From a virus: DNA of 64,000 nt. The notes beneath the pieces are model-generated. The model saw nothing but the letters and a program-made list of their open reading frames with translations, had not been told where the DNA came from and did no database searches. The stretch covers positions 32,001 to 96,000 of IMG/VR virus record IMGVR_UViG_3300027987_000382. One strand, given 5' to 3'. The position numbers and the translations under genes are program-made. Shown piece after piece: positions 37,601 to 47,154 of the stretch (position 1 is its first letter; each line of letters begins with the position of its first letter).

Positions 37601-38129
37601 CACTCTGAAGCATGTGTCGAACACCGAAGTGATTCGGCGTTTGCTGATTAAGTATTTTGTCGACAAGGGATTCTTCGAGAGCTTCGACCGTCAACTCTAT
37701 CCTGCCGCTATGCAGGACCTCCCGTTCGTGGTTCCGGCTCTGGCCAGCAAAATTGAGGTTGTCCCCCACGCAGAAAACATCGATACGGCACTCGGCAAGG
37801 CCGTGATTGGATGGAACCTGTTCTGCCTTGGTAATCAGAGGATGTATCTCGGCGAGACACATCACAACAATCTGCAGGATTTGGCGAGGCAGATTAAGAG
37901 CGGCATGATTATGCCGGAAGGGACACAATCGTCAGCACGTCGCCAAACGACTCCGCGAAGAGTGGTTGCTTTCTTGACGCGGGTGCTTGGCGACCATCAG
38001 GCTGGCTACGTGGATCTTGCTCCGATCACTAGGCCGGTTTCCCAGCCGGGCGATGTCTACGGTGCCCGTCGCAATGCGATGAGTGGTATGCCGCAGCAGT
38101 TCTTCACCCGGTCTGGTTACGGCACCTAG
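37581..38129 (+). CDS. hypothetical protein
   Basis: 182-aa ORF. Confidence 0.6.
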   Translation: MDSRTVDTLKHVSNTEVIRRLLIKYFVDKGFFESFDRQLYPAAMQDLPFVVPALASKIEVVPHAENIDTALGKAVIGWNLFCLGNQRMYLGETHHNNLQDLARQIKSGMIMPEGTQSSARRQTTPRRVVAFLTRVLGDHQAGYVDLAPITRPVSQPGDVYGARRNAMSGMPQQFFTRSGYGT

Positions 38130-39484
38130 TTCTTGGGCACCAGTCCGTGGGCGAGGCACACGGTCCTGATGTTCTCCATGTAGATGTTCACTGACCGGGT
38201 CGTAATCCCGAGAAACATCGCGATGTGATTCTTCTTCGGTCGGTCGTCACCAAATCGTTCTGAAAACTCGTCGTAGACATCGCCGATGCCGCATTGGATG
38301 TCGAAGATCTTTTGACAGTCACCTTCTGGCAGCGACTCTCGTACAGCGATCATCACGTCCGTGGCATCGATTGTTGCGATGTGATCGTCCTGGTCCATTT
38401 TCTGTGCTCCAACGGTCCTGAACGAGAGCTGGCTGATCGTGAAGCTGTCACTTTCATCATCGCTCCCGCTCTTGGTGTGGTTATCGAGAACCAGGACGTG
38501 TTCCGGCTTGGAGACGTACGCTTCTAGGTCTCCGGCATCCGCGTTTTCAACGACCTGAATCTCTGACGGATTGCAGAGGACTTCAATCCCAAGTCCTGTT
38601 GCTTTCTTCCGCAATACGGCAAGCTCGGCCGTGAGTTCAGGCGGTGTGAGGAGACCGACAACGTTGATGGTGTATCGTCCATTGGACGGGTTGTCAACGT
38701 GCGAGTAGTTGAAGTCACATTTGAGGCGTGACAGCTGACCGATGATCTCTTCCGTGATCACCTTGTCGGCACGTCCGACGATTTTCTGTGGCTCCTTGCG
38801 GTGCTCTTTTCGGACGTTCTCTGCAAGTTGCTGGCGGAAGTAGTTCCAGACGAATTCGCCGAAGAATTTGACGAGCTGGGTGTCGTCATTGATGATGTCG
38901 TTCGGGTTTTCGTACTTCTTCTCGCCTGGAATCCAGTCGATGGGCGATTCGCACTTTGGTGCTCGCTTCGTCTGGTCGAAGTATTTGTAGCTGTCCTGGA
39001 AGACGTCGAAGGTGACGTAGCTGCCGACTTCGAGGTCGGTGTCACCGGCGTCTGTCACGCGGACTTGCTTACAGTTGGGGCATTTGTCCGCTTGGCGGTT
39101 GATCTCGCGTGGGACGCCCTGTTGCGTGATCCAGGTGTCGGAGCCGCAAGCTCGGCAGTGGAAGGTGTACTTGCGGTGGTAGAATAGCTCGACGGTCCCC
39201 TTCCAGACCGCGATTTGGTACTCGATGTCGCCGCACTTCTTGTCGCTGGCGTAGTCGGCACCGATTGTGTTACCAAGCTCTTCGATGACACCTGCTCGGT
39301 GTCTGGCCATTCCAGGATGGGTGGCGACGTACTCCACGATGCTTTCGACGTGGAGCTTTTCATCTTCGGTCAGGTTCGCCATCGTTACATTGGCGAGTGA
39401 ACCCCTGAGATAGAGTTCGGGCATTTGGCGTACGAGGGCCATGAATTCCTCCGGTTGGGATAGTACGTCCTTGAAACGTTGCAC
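38126..39484 (-). CDS. Zn-ribbon protein with C-terminal sigma-region-4-like HTH
   Basis: CRAC...CPNC; SLPEGDCQKIF...HIAMFLGITTRSVNIY. Confidence 0.5.
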   Translation of the reverse strand: MQRFKDVLSQPEEFMALVRQMPELYLRGSLANVTMANLTEDEKLHVESIVEYVATHPGMARHRAGVIEELGNTIGADYASDKKCGDIEYQIAVWKGTVELFYHRKYTFHCRACGSDTWITQQGVPREINRQADKCPNCKQVRVTDAGDTDLEVGSYVTFDVFQDSYKYFDQTKRAPKCESPIDWIPGEKKYENPNDIINDDTQLVKFFGEFVWNYFRQQLAENVRKEHRKEPQKIVGRADKVITEEIIGQLSRLKCDFNYSHVDNPSNGRYTINVVGLLTPPELTAELAVLRKKATGLGIEVLCNPSEIQVVENADAGDLEAYVSKPEHVLVLDNHTKSGSDDESDSFTISQLSFRTVGAQKMDQDDHIATIDATDVMIAVRESLPEGDCQKIFDIQCGIGDVYDEFSERFGDDRPKKNHIAMFLGITTRSVNIYMENIRTVCLAHGLVPKN

Positions 39485-39570
39485 ATGTTGTAGTAATTAG
39501 TAGCACGTCCCGCGAATACATCCGTATTTGGGGGAGTACCTTCCGGTCGTCTTGTTACAAGGGGAACACG

Positions 39571-40350
39571 ATGAGTCAATATTGCGACAGCAAGGTTTTG
39601 GAACAGAACTGGTTCAACTGGCTGCTGTCTTCGTCCGTTCCGGAACTCGAGCCGTTCCGTAAGGCGGGAGTTTTGTGGACGAAAGTCGTGGGCACTGTTA
39701 GGCGGGATGACGGGACGGAAATCCTCCGTCACGGAGTGCCCTTGGCAGATCCATCGTACCCTACCAGAGCCCATTGCATTGCTTTGGGGCATCCGGTGTA
39801 CTTGAACAGTTACAATGGTGTTCCGCAGTCTGCTGGTACTGTCTTCATCGCCGGGGAGCCGACCCCCGTTACCTTGTTCGATCTCGTCAGCGAGCTGCAT
39901 CTCCTTTCGGACGCGTGGTTTCACAACCTCGGGAATCCACTGAGTCAACATGAGACCCTCCCGCACATCGAGGTCAATGGGTATATTCGGGAGGTGCCAG
40001 AAGAGGTATCTTGGCACGCGATCCTGGGCGACATCGACAAGATCTGCCAGGGGATCGCGATGAAGTTCAAGCAGCCGTCAGAAGAGGAGAGATTGGACTT
40101 GGCGAATGAAGCCCTACTCCAGGTCACCAACAAGCTTGTCAATCGCAAGCTTGTGTACACTCCGGGTAAGGCACCAGTCTTCAATCTTCTCACAACGACG
40201 ATCCACCGCTGTATGTATTCGATTATGAATCGGCGGACCAACAGAAGGCAGGGTCAAGCCAAGCTGCTAGAAGATGCCCAAGCAGGCATCCTGCCAGACT
40301 CACAACGGTCATTACGCACGCCGACGCGACGAACCATTAGATCACACTGA
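39571..40350 (+). CDS. phage sigma-factor-like (region 2, gp55-like) protein
   Basis: C-terminal DLANEALLQV...YTPGKAPVFNLLTTTIHRC resembles sigma region 2. Confidence 0.45.
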   Translation: MSQYCDSKVLEQNWFNWLLSSSVPELEPFRKAGVLWTKVVGTVRRDDGTEILRHGVPLADPSYPTRAHCIALGHPVYLNSYNGVPQSAGTVFIAGEPTPVTLFDLVSELHLLSDAWFHNLGNPLSQHETLPHIEVNGYIREVPEEVSWHAILGDIDKICQGIAMKFKQPSEEERLDLANEALLQVTNKLVNRKLVYTPGKAPVFNLLTTTIHRCMYSIMNRRTNRRQGQAKLLEDAQAGILPDSQRSLRTPTRRTIRSH

Positions 40351-40497
40351 AGGTTTCGTGTCAATACCGGATACAGAGCGTGCCATCTCCTTCAAATACA
40401 TCCGGAGTGTTTCTCTCGAACAACGTTGATCCCCTCTCGATGCTAGCACGTATTTGTACGTTAGGGAGCGAGATCACAAGTAAGCGAGATTCCTCCA

Positions 40498-40755
40498 ATG
40501 ACAGATCGAGCACCCACGGAGGGACAGCCACCAGCTGCGGTGAAAGAACTTCTGGCAGACCACCAGGAAGTCTTGGTCGTATTGCTTGACCCAGACACTA
40601 CCACTGAAGGCGAATCTACAATAGCATGTTTCATGAAGCTCGAAGAGAAAAGCCGATTGTCAGCTTACCTCCAAAAGCTTCTGCAGCAGTTATTGAAGAC
40701 AAGCAGTGCCAAATCAGGTGGTCACATCGCGACTCAAACCACAATTAGTCCGTAA
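40498..40755 (+). CDS. small hypothetical protein
   Basis: ATG ORF in operon. Confidence 0.45.
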   Translation: MTDRAPTEGQPPAAVKELLADHQEVLVVLLDPDTTTEGESTIACFMKLEEKSRLSAYLQKLLQQLLKTSSAKSGGHIATQTTISP

Positions 40756-41689
40756 AAGGACTATCGTTCGAGTCCCCCCGACAGTTAAAGTTGTTGTCAA
40801 GAGCGTCGCCGGGGAGCCAAAAGTCGCAAGACCGGATCAGATCAAGCAATTGAAGCAGATCCGTATCCGCTCCAACAGTGCACAACAGCAAGCCTCCCCA
40901 CCGCCACAACAACGAGCAGTCCCACCACCGTCGAACGCCGTAGTTCAAGGCAGAAACAGACGAGGTATCAGGCGTGCGACTAAGGTCAAGTACATCACAC
41001 GTGGTGTCTCGCCAGAGTCAATCGCCAAAATAAACGCTCTCAGGAACGCCGGACGCGGGAAAATCCTGATCATAGTCGGAAACGGACCATCCATTAGCGA
41101 AGCACCTCTAGATAAGCTCCGCAATATCCGTAACATCGACACTCTTTCTATCAACAAGCCCGACGACCGGCTTTGGCCGACTTCTCACTGGGCATTCTTC
41201 GACGGTTCGCAAATGCGGAGACACGAAGCATTGTGGACCAGCTACGGTGGCTACATCTTTAATAGCACGGCCATCAAAAGGCAAAAAGAGAAGTCGATGC
41301 AATTCAAGAATCTTGGCGGGCACGGCTTCAGTCGCGACATGTCAAAGGGGCTTCACATCGGACGTTCCTCGGTTTACGCCTCTATGCAGATTGCTCTTTG
41401 GATGGCATACGAGCACATCTACATTTTCGGTTGCGACATGAACCCAGCAGGGCTGAACGGCAAACTACACTTCTACGGAGTGAATCCTGACGTCGATCCA
41501 CACAATCGTGCTGAACGATTCCAAAAGGAAGCTGAACACTACGATACGGCTGCCAAAGCACTTTCTCCAGAAGAGCGTGCGAAATTCACGTTCTGCACGG
41601 AGTACAACCCTTGGCAGTTCGTCGATTCGTTCAACAAGATGAGCCACAAGGATGTCAGTAAGATTCTGGAACACGCTGCGAAGCTGTAG
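40706..41689 (+). CDS. MptE/DUF115-like (glycosyltransferase-related) protein
   Basis: IVGNGPS, SSVYASMQIALWM, IYIFGCDM, HFYG. Confidence 0.7.
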   Translation: MPNQVVTSRLKPQLVRKRTIVRVPPTVKVVVKSVAGEPKVARPDQIKQLKQIRIRSNSAQQQASPPPQQRAVPPPSNAVVQGRNRRGIRRATKVKYITRGVSPESIAKINALRNAGRGKILIIVGNGPSISEAPLDKLRNIRNIDTLSINKPDDRLWPTSHWAFFDGSQMRRHEALWTSYGGYIFNSTAIKRQKEKSMQFKNLGGHGFSRDMSKGLHIGRSSVYASMQIALWMAYEHIYIFGCDMNPAGLNGKLHFYGVNPDVDPHNRAERFQKEAEHYDTAAKALSPEERAKFTFCTEYNPWQFVDSFNKMSHKDVSKILEHAAKL

Positions 41690-41733
41690 AACTACAGTCG
41701 CAACAATGCTCCGAGTTGTTGTATTGAAGTAGC

Positions 41734-42162
41734 ATGCGTGGTAGAATATATGTGGGCACTAGCCTTCGCAACGCGAAGAGAGCAAATGAGCTTCAACAGC
41801 GTTTCAGAGACGCTGGTTGCGAGATAACGTACGATTGGACTACGCACGGACAAGTATATACTGATGCGGAGCTAGAGGAGTTTGGAGTCGAAGAAGAACG
41901 CGGGGTTGAATCAGCCGACGTGTTCTTTATGGTGTTCCCGGCTCGTAACGGCTCGCATTGTGAGCTTGGTTTGGCACGAGGTTTTGGGGTAAAAATCGTC
42001 TTGTTGATCGAAGAAGAGCACGAGAAGAAGACGTTCTACTACTTACCGAAAATCGCGAACAGACCAGAGGTTTCGCGTTTCACCAACGAGGACGAAGCCG
42101 TTCAATTTACTCTTGATTTCCTGGATACCAAATATGAGCGGTGCAATTCTCAACCGGCTTGA
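41734..42162 (+). CDS. nucleoside 2-deoxyribosyltransferase-like
   Basis: IYVGTS, ITYDWT, GVESAD, GSHCELGLA. Confidence 0.75.
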   Translation: MRGRIYVGTSLRNAKRANELQQRFRDAGCEITYDWTTHGQVYTDAELEEFGVEEERGVESADVFFMVFPARNGSHCELGLARGFGVKIVLLIEEEHEKKTFYYLPKIANRPEVSRFTNEDEAVQFTLDFLDTKYERCNSQPA

Positions 42163-42844
42163 AATCGATGTCATGCAAGCAAACGAGCTTGTCGAAGCTT
42201 CCGAGCTTGCCTCAAAATACAAAATGCCAGCCCTCATAGTTCACCCGGATCTTGCCTCAGAGGCTCAGATCTATCGCGGTCGGACGAGAGGGAGGTACGC
42301 ACTGATCACGCCAATCGATTGGCCGAAAGGTGAGACGTTCGGGCAGAACAAACTTCGCGGCCTTTCAACTGACGCCCTCGACGCCGATGGTTTCGAGATT
42401 CTGTTGACTGGCGGCAAATCGGTGACAGATACCAGGAACGAGGCCAAATACCTCACAGAATTCCTGAAGCAGCATTTGTCAGAGACAATCGAGGTCAGGT
42501 TCGTCCTCGGCTCTAATATGCGTGATCACCAGAACGTCTTGCAGATGTGTGAAGCACTGCGTGGCGTCAGAACCCCAGCGTATGTCAGAAATGACACACA
42601 GCTCAAGTTGCAGGTTAGCAAGGCTAACCCAGACACTCACAATGCCTTGATGGAAGAAATCCGAAAGATAATCAAGGTTCCGATCAAGCTGAGTGGCAAC
42701 ATCACAGGCGTCAGGGCCATTACTTCATGCAATGATGCATCACGTTTTGCTGTCAATCTTCTGCAGGCCAAAAATGTGGTGAAAGAACTCCAACAGCAGC
42801 CTGAAGAATTACGGCAGCTGTTGGAGAGTCAAGATGCAACATGA
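42134..42844 (+). CDS. DeoC-like TIM-barrel protein (divergent)
   Basis: LIVHP, PIDWPKG, PIKLSGNI resemble DeoC motifs. Confidence 0.45.
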   Translation: MSGAILNRLEIDVMQANELVEASELASKYKMPALIVHPDLASEAQIYRGRTRGRYALITPIDWPKGETFGQNKLRGLSTDALDADGFEILLTGGKSVTDTRNEAKYLTEFLKQHLSETIEVRFVLGSNMRDHQNVLQMCEALRGVRTPAYVRNDTQLKLQVSKANPDTHNALMEEIRKIIKVPIKLSGNITGVRAITSCNDASRFAVNLLQAKNVVKELQQQPEELRQLLESQDAT

Positions 42845-43217
42845 GCATGTGATCTGTCCACATTGCGGTGGCAACATTGGATGGGAATTCGTCCGGGCGG
42901 ACATCGAAACACGATTGTCCGAAGGAATACCGGATGGTCCGTACCATTGTTATCATTGCGACAGGTCATTCACTCTTGTTTCAGACGGGAATTTGACGGT
43001 CGAAAATACTGGTAGAGTTAATCTGAAAGAAAGTCTCCCAGTATTAGAAAAAGGAACGACGGTACTACTAAACAATGAAGAACACCCTTGGCACAACGAA
43101 ATCGCTCTGATCTGTGATCGGAAGCACAAGTTCTACCGTCTGGAAATTCGTGGGAAGAGGCTTTGGGTACCGGAAGAATGGGTAAAAACCGATGAATCAC
43201 TTGCTGACTCAGATTAG
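42834..43217 (+). CDS. Zn-ribbon + SH3-like hypothetical protein
   Basis: CPHC...CYHC. Confidence 0.55.
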   Translation: MQHEHVICPHCGGNIGWEFVRADIETRLSEGIPDGPYHCYHCDRSFTLVSDGNLTVENTGRVNLKESLPVLEKGTTVLLNNEEHPWHNEIALICDRKHKFYRLEIRGKRLWVPEEWVKTDESLADSD

Positions 43218-43578
43218 TGAGTTAGGCGAGGATGCTGATCTGCTCACAAGACATGATGATTGGCTTGAGACGCAACGGAATGCCCTACAAGGTGATCTTG
43301 AACAAAAGGCGACTGAACTAAGAGCCGTCCTTCTTGCTCAACGTATCAAAAGACTTCTGCAGCAAAAGAATCTGGTCGCTGTTCAGCACCTGATTCGCAG
43401 CAGCGAAGGCAAGGTCATCGACATCGTCATACGGATCATGAACCTGCCTGACGCACTTCAACATCTCCTCGAGAAGCCAGTCGACACCCTCGACGAAGTC
43501 AATGCCGCAGCTCAAGTCCACGGATGGGACCGAGACGGCTATGACATCCCCGGCTCGCAAGCTCTCCGCTCCGCATAA
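43192..43578 (+). CDS. hypothetical coiled-coil protein
   Basis: coupled ORF. Confidence 0.55.
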   Translation: MNHLLTQISELGEDADLLTRHDDWLETQRNALQGDLEQKATELRAVLLAQRIKRLLQQKNLVAVQHLIRSSEGKVIDIVIRIMNLPDALQHLLEKPVDTLDEVNAAAQVHGWDRDGYDIPGSQALRSA

Positions 43579-43656
43579 TTGCGTGTCATCTCCAGCTTCT
43601 GTTCCAGTATTGAACTGGCAGTCGTAGGAGAACCATCACGCCAAAGGAGAGCAGAG

Positions 43657-44826
43657 ATGCAAAGTCGTCGATTCAACGTCGTAACAGACGGCCAATGGGG
43701 TAGCTGTGGCAAGGGCCTCATCACCACCGCCCTCGCCGCTCGATACCGCCCCGAGATCATCTCGACGACAAACATGGCGAACGCCGGGCACACCGCCGTG
43801 CACGAGAACGGCGAAGACAAATTCGTCGCCAAAGCACTCCCATCAGCTGCGATTCTCCGCCAATGGATAGCCGGATACGACCCACACATCGTCGTCGGCT
43901 GCAGTGCGGCATTCACGATCGAGCAAATGCACGACGAAATCCAACTGACCGGATCAAACTACCAGCTCACGATCCACGAAAGAGCTGGTGTCATTACCGA
44001 AGCACACAAGGCCGCAGAAGGTAGCCTCGAGACCGGTACAAAGCACGTTGCCAGCACCATGCAAGGCTGTGGAGCATTCCTTGCCGACAAGATCATGCGA
44101 CGCAAAGATCTCAAGCTCGCTCGAGACTACCCAGAACTCAACAGCCACATGCCAGAGCATCTCGGCAAAAAGATCGACAACATCAACCCGGCAATCAGGG
44201 ACGCGGTCGCCGGAATGAGCCTACCACGTGCTCTCGCCACGCTGATGCACCTGTTCGACATCACAATTCTGCACGAAGGAGCCCAAGGATTCTCGCTGGA
44301 CATCAATCACGGCTCGCACTACCCACAGTGCACAAGTCGTAGCACCACGGCAATGCAGAACTTGGCTGACATGGGATTGAACCACACCCATGTCGGCGAC
44401 ATCTATCTTGTCATCAGACCGTTTCCGATCAGAGTGGGGAACGTCATCGAAGAAGGCAAGACTGTCGGCTACTCTGGTGATTGCTACGACGATCACGAAG
44501 AGACCACCTGGACCGAAGTTGCACAACAATGCAACGCACCGCCAGAAGTGATGCAGGGCGAACTGACCACGGTGACAAAGCGTCTACGACGCGTCTTCAC
44601 CTTCTCTGAAAAACAATTGCGAGAAGCTGTTGCCATCAATGGTGCAACAAAGATCGCCCTCAACTTCGCCAACTACATCGACTGGGCCTGCTACGGCACG
44701 AGTGAATATCGCGAGCTGCCGACGAAGGTCGTAGATTTCATCACTCGCATTGAGGATATCGCCGGTATTCCAGTCACCGTGGTTGGAACCGGTCCACACA
44801 ACGATCACGTCTGCTTCCTGAGTTAA
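43657..44826 (+). CDS. purZ: PurZ-like adenylosuccinate synthetase homologue
   Basis: DGQWGSCGKG (Ser where PurA has Asp), NAGHT, EGAQG, YPQCTSR, PIRVGN, TTVTKR, LNFANY, GTGP; AGGAG SD. Confidence 0.7.
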   Translation: MQSRRFNVVTDGQWGSCGKGLITTALAARYRPEIISTTNMANAGHTAVHENGEDKFVAKALPSAAILRQWIAGYDPHIVVGCSAAFTIEQMHDEIQLTGSNYQLTIHERAGVITEAHKAAEGSLETGTKHVASTMQGCGAFLADKIMRRKDLKLARDYPELNSHMPEHLGKKIDNINPAIRDAVAGMSLPRALATLMHLFDITILHEGAQGFSLDINHGSHYPQCTSRSTTAMQNLADMGLNHTHVGDIYLVIRPFPIRVGNVIEEGKTVGYSGDCYDDHEETTWTEVAQQCNAPPEVMQGELTTVTKRLRRVFTFSEKQLREAVAINGATKIALNFANYIDWACYGTSEYRELPTKVVDFITRIEDIAGIPVTVVGTGPHNDHVCFLS

Positions 44827-44828
44827 CA

Positions 44829-45026
44829 ATGGCTACTTCCATTGTATATAGTGCGTGTTGGGCTGGCAAAATCCTCACGCATATCGAAACTCCGGGAGTA
44901 TTCGAGGTAGAATGGGTGGAGAAACAGTACAATCTAGAAGTGGGCGAACGAGAGATACGCTCCGAGTCGCCGCTTATCTTGAAGAGGTTGGAGAAGACCC
45001 AGCAACCTCTTGTGGAAACCTATTAG
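44829..45026 (+). CDS. small hypothetical protein
   Basis: ATG 2 nt after purZ stop; overlaps next ORF. Confidence 0.4.
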   Translation: MATSIVYSACWAGKILTHIETPGVFEVEWVEKQYNLEVGEREIRSESPLILKRLEKTQQPLVETY

Positions 45027-45742
45027 AATTCAGGATTCCGTACGTTGCGTTGAAGCATGTCTGGACCGGGAACGTAGATTCTCTTCCCGACAACGCTTAC
45101 CAGCGGCTCCGCAAAACCATCTCAGAGCATGAGATGACGGTGGTTCTGATCGCTAGCGATCTCGGCAGCGATCCAGCCGATTCCCTCAGTAAAATCGGTG
45201 AATCACGGATCGATCACGTCTTCAATCTCGCCTCCTATTTCAAATCCCCGTTTGTCAGAATTGGTATTGGCACCGAATGTAGCCAGAAATGTGCCACTGC
45301 TATTGACGAATGGATGGCGAAGATCTCCACGAAGGCTATCAAGGCCAACGTGACGCCACTGCTCGAAATCACACACAACACTTATATCAACACGCCAAGT
45401 GGCGTCGCCAATCTACTGCTAAAACACAAGCGGTGGAAAATTCTCTACGATCCTGTCCAATTCATTCTACGACAGAATCAAGATCCGTTTGTGAAATACT
45501 GGACTCTGCTGAAGAACAGCGTTTCGGCTATCGATGTTCGCGATCTGAAGATAGGTAAAGGATTCAAGCCGTCTGGGTTTGGTAATTCCAGGATCGACTT
45601 AACGATTAAGGACGCTATCGGCAGCGGCTACCAGGGCTGGTACATAATGGAGCCGTCCCTCGGAAGGCGTCATGGCGACGCTCTGACGAAAAAGGACACG
45701 TTTAAAATGGCTCTCGACGCCTTTGATGCTATCATAGAATAG
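44912..45742 (+). CDS. xylose-isomerase-like TIM barrel
   Basis: VAAYLEEVGED, LLEI, YDPVQF, DVRD, GYQGWYIMEP; start uncertain. Confidence 0.65.
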   Translation: MGGETVQSRSGRTRDTLRVAAYLEEVGEDPATSCGNLLEFRIPYVALKHVWTGNVDSLPDNAYQRLRKTISEHEMTVVLIASDLGSDPADSLSKIGESRIDHVFNLASYFKSPFVRIGIGTECSQKCATAIDEWMAKISTKAIKANVTPLLEITHNTYINTPSGVANLLLKHKRWKILYDPVQFILRQNQDPFVKYWTLLKNSVSAIDVRDLKIGKGFKPSGFGNSRIDLTIKDAIGSGYQGWYIMEPSLGRRHGDALTKKDTFKMALDAFDAIIE

Positions 45743-45783
45743 TAATCAAAGTTATGGCGGGACATAGTACCCTGGAGTGACCC

Positions 45784-45999
45784 ATGGCTGTCAATGTCAA
45801 CGAGGCAATCGTAAAGATCAAAGAGGCCGGTTCATCAAACGTCCGAACCGTGCCGATGCCAGGCCAGAATGTCAATTCTGGCCAATACCAGATCGAAATC
45901 AATCAGGCTGGAACGTGGGTTCCAGTCGCAACGGGGATCAGCAAGAAAATCGCAGAGGACATTATCAGCCAGGCGACCAACAGGGTCATATTGGGATGA
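45784..45999 (+). CDS. small hypothetical protein
   Basis: GGAG SD before ATG. Confidence 0.6.
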   Translation: MAVNVNEAIVKIKEAGSSNVRTVPMPGQNVNSGQYQIEINQAGTWVPVATGISKKIAEDIISQATNRVILG

Positions 46000-46009
46000 G
46001 GTACCCAAA

Positions 46010-46459
46010 ATGGCTCGACGAAACAAAGAACGCATTTCGTCGGTCTTGGAGCTTTCCCGCTACAAGGTCGGCGAAACAGTCTGGTGGGTGATCCTTCGGA
46101 ACACAGAACCAGTTCCGGACATCTCTGAAGAAGACCGTTGGATGGAAAGCCACCATCCAAAGGCTCTCTACGAACGTGGTCCATACCAACGCTTGTGGAC
46201 CAGCAAAGCCATGCTTCCGAAGCTGCAGCATATGGACTTCGGGATGATGGTGTCGCTCCTCACCGCAGAATTCAAAGTTGAACCGTTCACCATCGTAGAA
46301 GTCGTTCGCAGCAGAGACACAGCCGAATTCTTCTACTCGAACGCCGATGACGAATGGATGCCAGAATCAAGCCTCTTCTGCACCGACATCGCGGCCCGTC
46401 GTGAACGAAATCGCATTATGAGGCTCATTAAAAAGTGGGCAACCAGCCAGTCCACTTAG
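46010..46459 (+). CDS. hypothetical protein
   Basis: GAGG SD before ATG 46010. Confidence 0.55.
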   Translation: MARRNKERISSVLELSRYKVGETVWWVILRNTEPVPDISEEDRWMESHHPKALYERGPYQRLWTSKAMLPKLQHMDFGMMVSLLTAEFKVEPFTIVEVVRSRDTAEFFYSNADDEWMPESSLFCTDIAARRERNRIMRLIKKWATSQST

Positions 46460-46464
46460 GCGGC

Positions 46465-47154
46465 ATGATGAAGATATACGCCGATGGATCAGATCCAGAC
46501 GAAATGGTGGCATTGACCGAAAACCGCACAATCTCCGGTTTCACCACCAACCCTACCCTCATGCGGAAAGCAGGAATCACCGATTACGAACAATTCGCCA
46601 AACAAGTCCTACAGCGAATCCCGCACCACCCAATCTCATTCGAAGTTTTCGCCGACGACCATTCAGAAATGGAACGGCAAGCACATAAGCTAGCCTCCTT
46701 CGGCGATAACGTGTTCGTTAAAATCCCAATCACCAACACAAAAGGCGAGACGACCACCCACTTGATCAAACGGCTCCTGGACTCAGGAATCAAAGTCAAC
46801 GTCACAGCAGTTCTAAGCAGCCGACAAATTAACGAAGTGACGCACTTCCTAGCGAGCGAAACCAGAGCCATTCTCTCTGTCTTCGCAGGACGAATCGCCG
46901 ATTCAGGTGTCGACCCAAAGCCCCTCATCAAAGAAGCTCTTGGACTAGCAGCTCCCAACGTCGAAGTTCTTTGGGCGAGCTGCAGAGAGATCTACAACGT
47001 GTACGAAGCCGATTCTATCGGTTGTCACATCATCACCGTCCCCAACAATCTGATTCCAAAATTGGCGTTACGTGATAAAGATCTGGATGAATTCTCTCTC
47101 GAGACTGTCAAGATGTTCTACGACGACGCCGAGAGCAGCGGATTCGTTTTATGA
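46465..47154 (+). CDS. tal: transaldolase (TalC-type)
   Basis: GFTTNPTLM, ISFEV, FVKIP, VNVT, SVFAGRIAD, LWAS. Confidence 0.9.
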   Translation: MMKIYADGSDPDEMVALTENRTISGFTTNPTLMRKAGITDYEQFAKQVLQRIPHHPISFEVFADDHSEMERQAHKLASFGDNVFVKIPITNTKGETTTHLIKRLLDSGIKVNVTAVLSSRQINEVTHFLASETRAILSVFAGRIADSGVDPKPLIKEALGLAAPNVEVLWASCREIYNVYEADSIGCHIITVPNNLIPKLALRDKDLDEFSLETVKMFYDDAESSGFVL

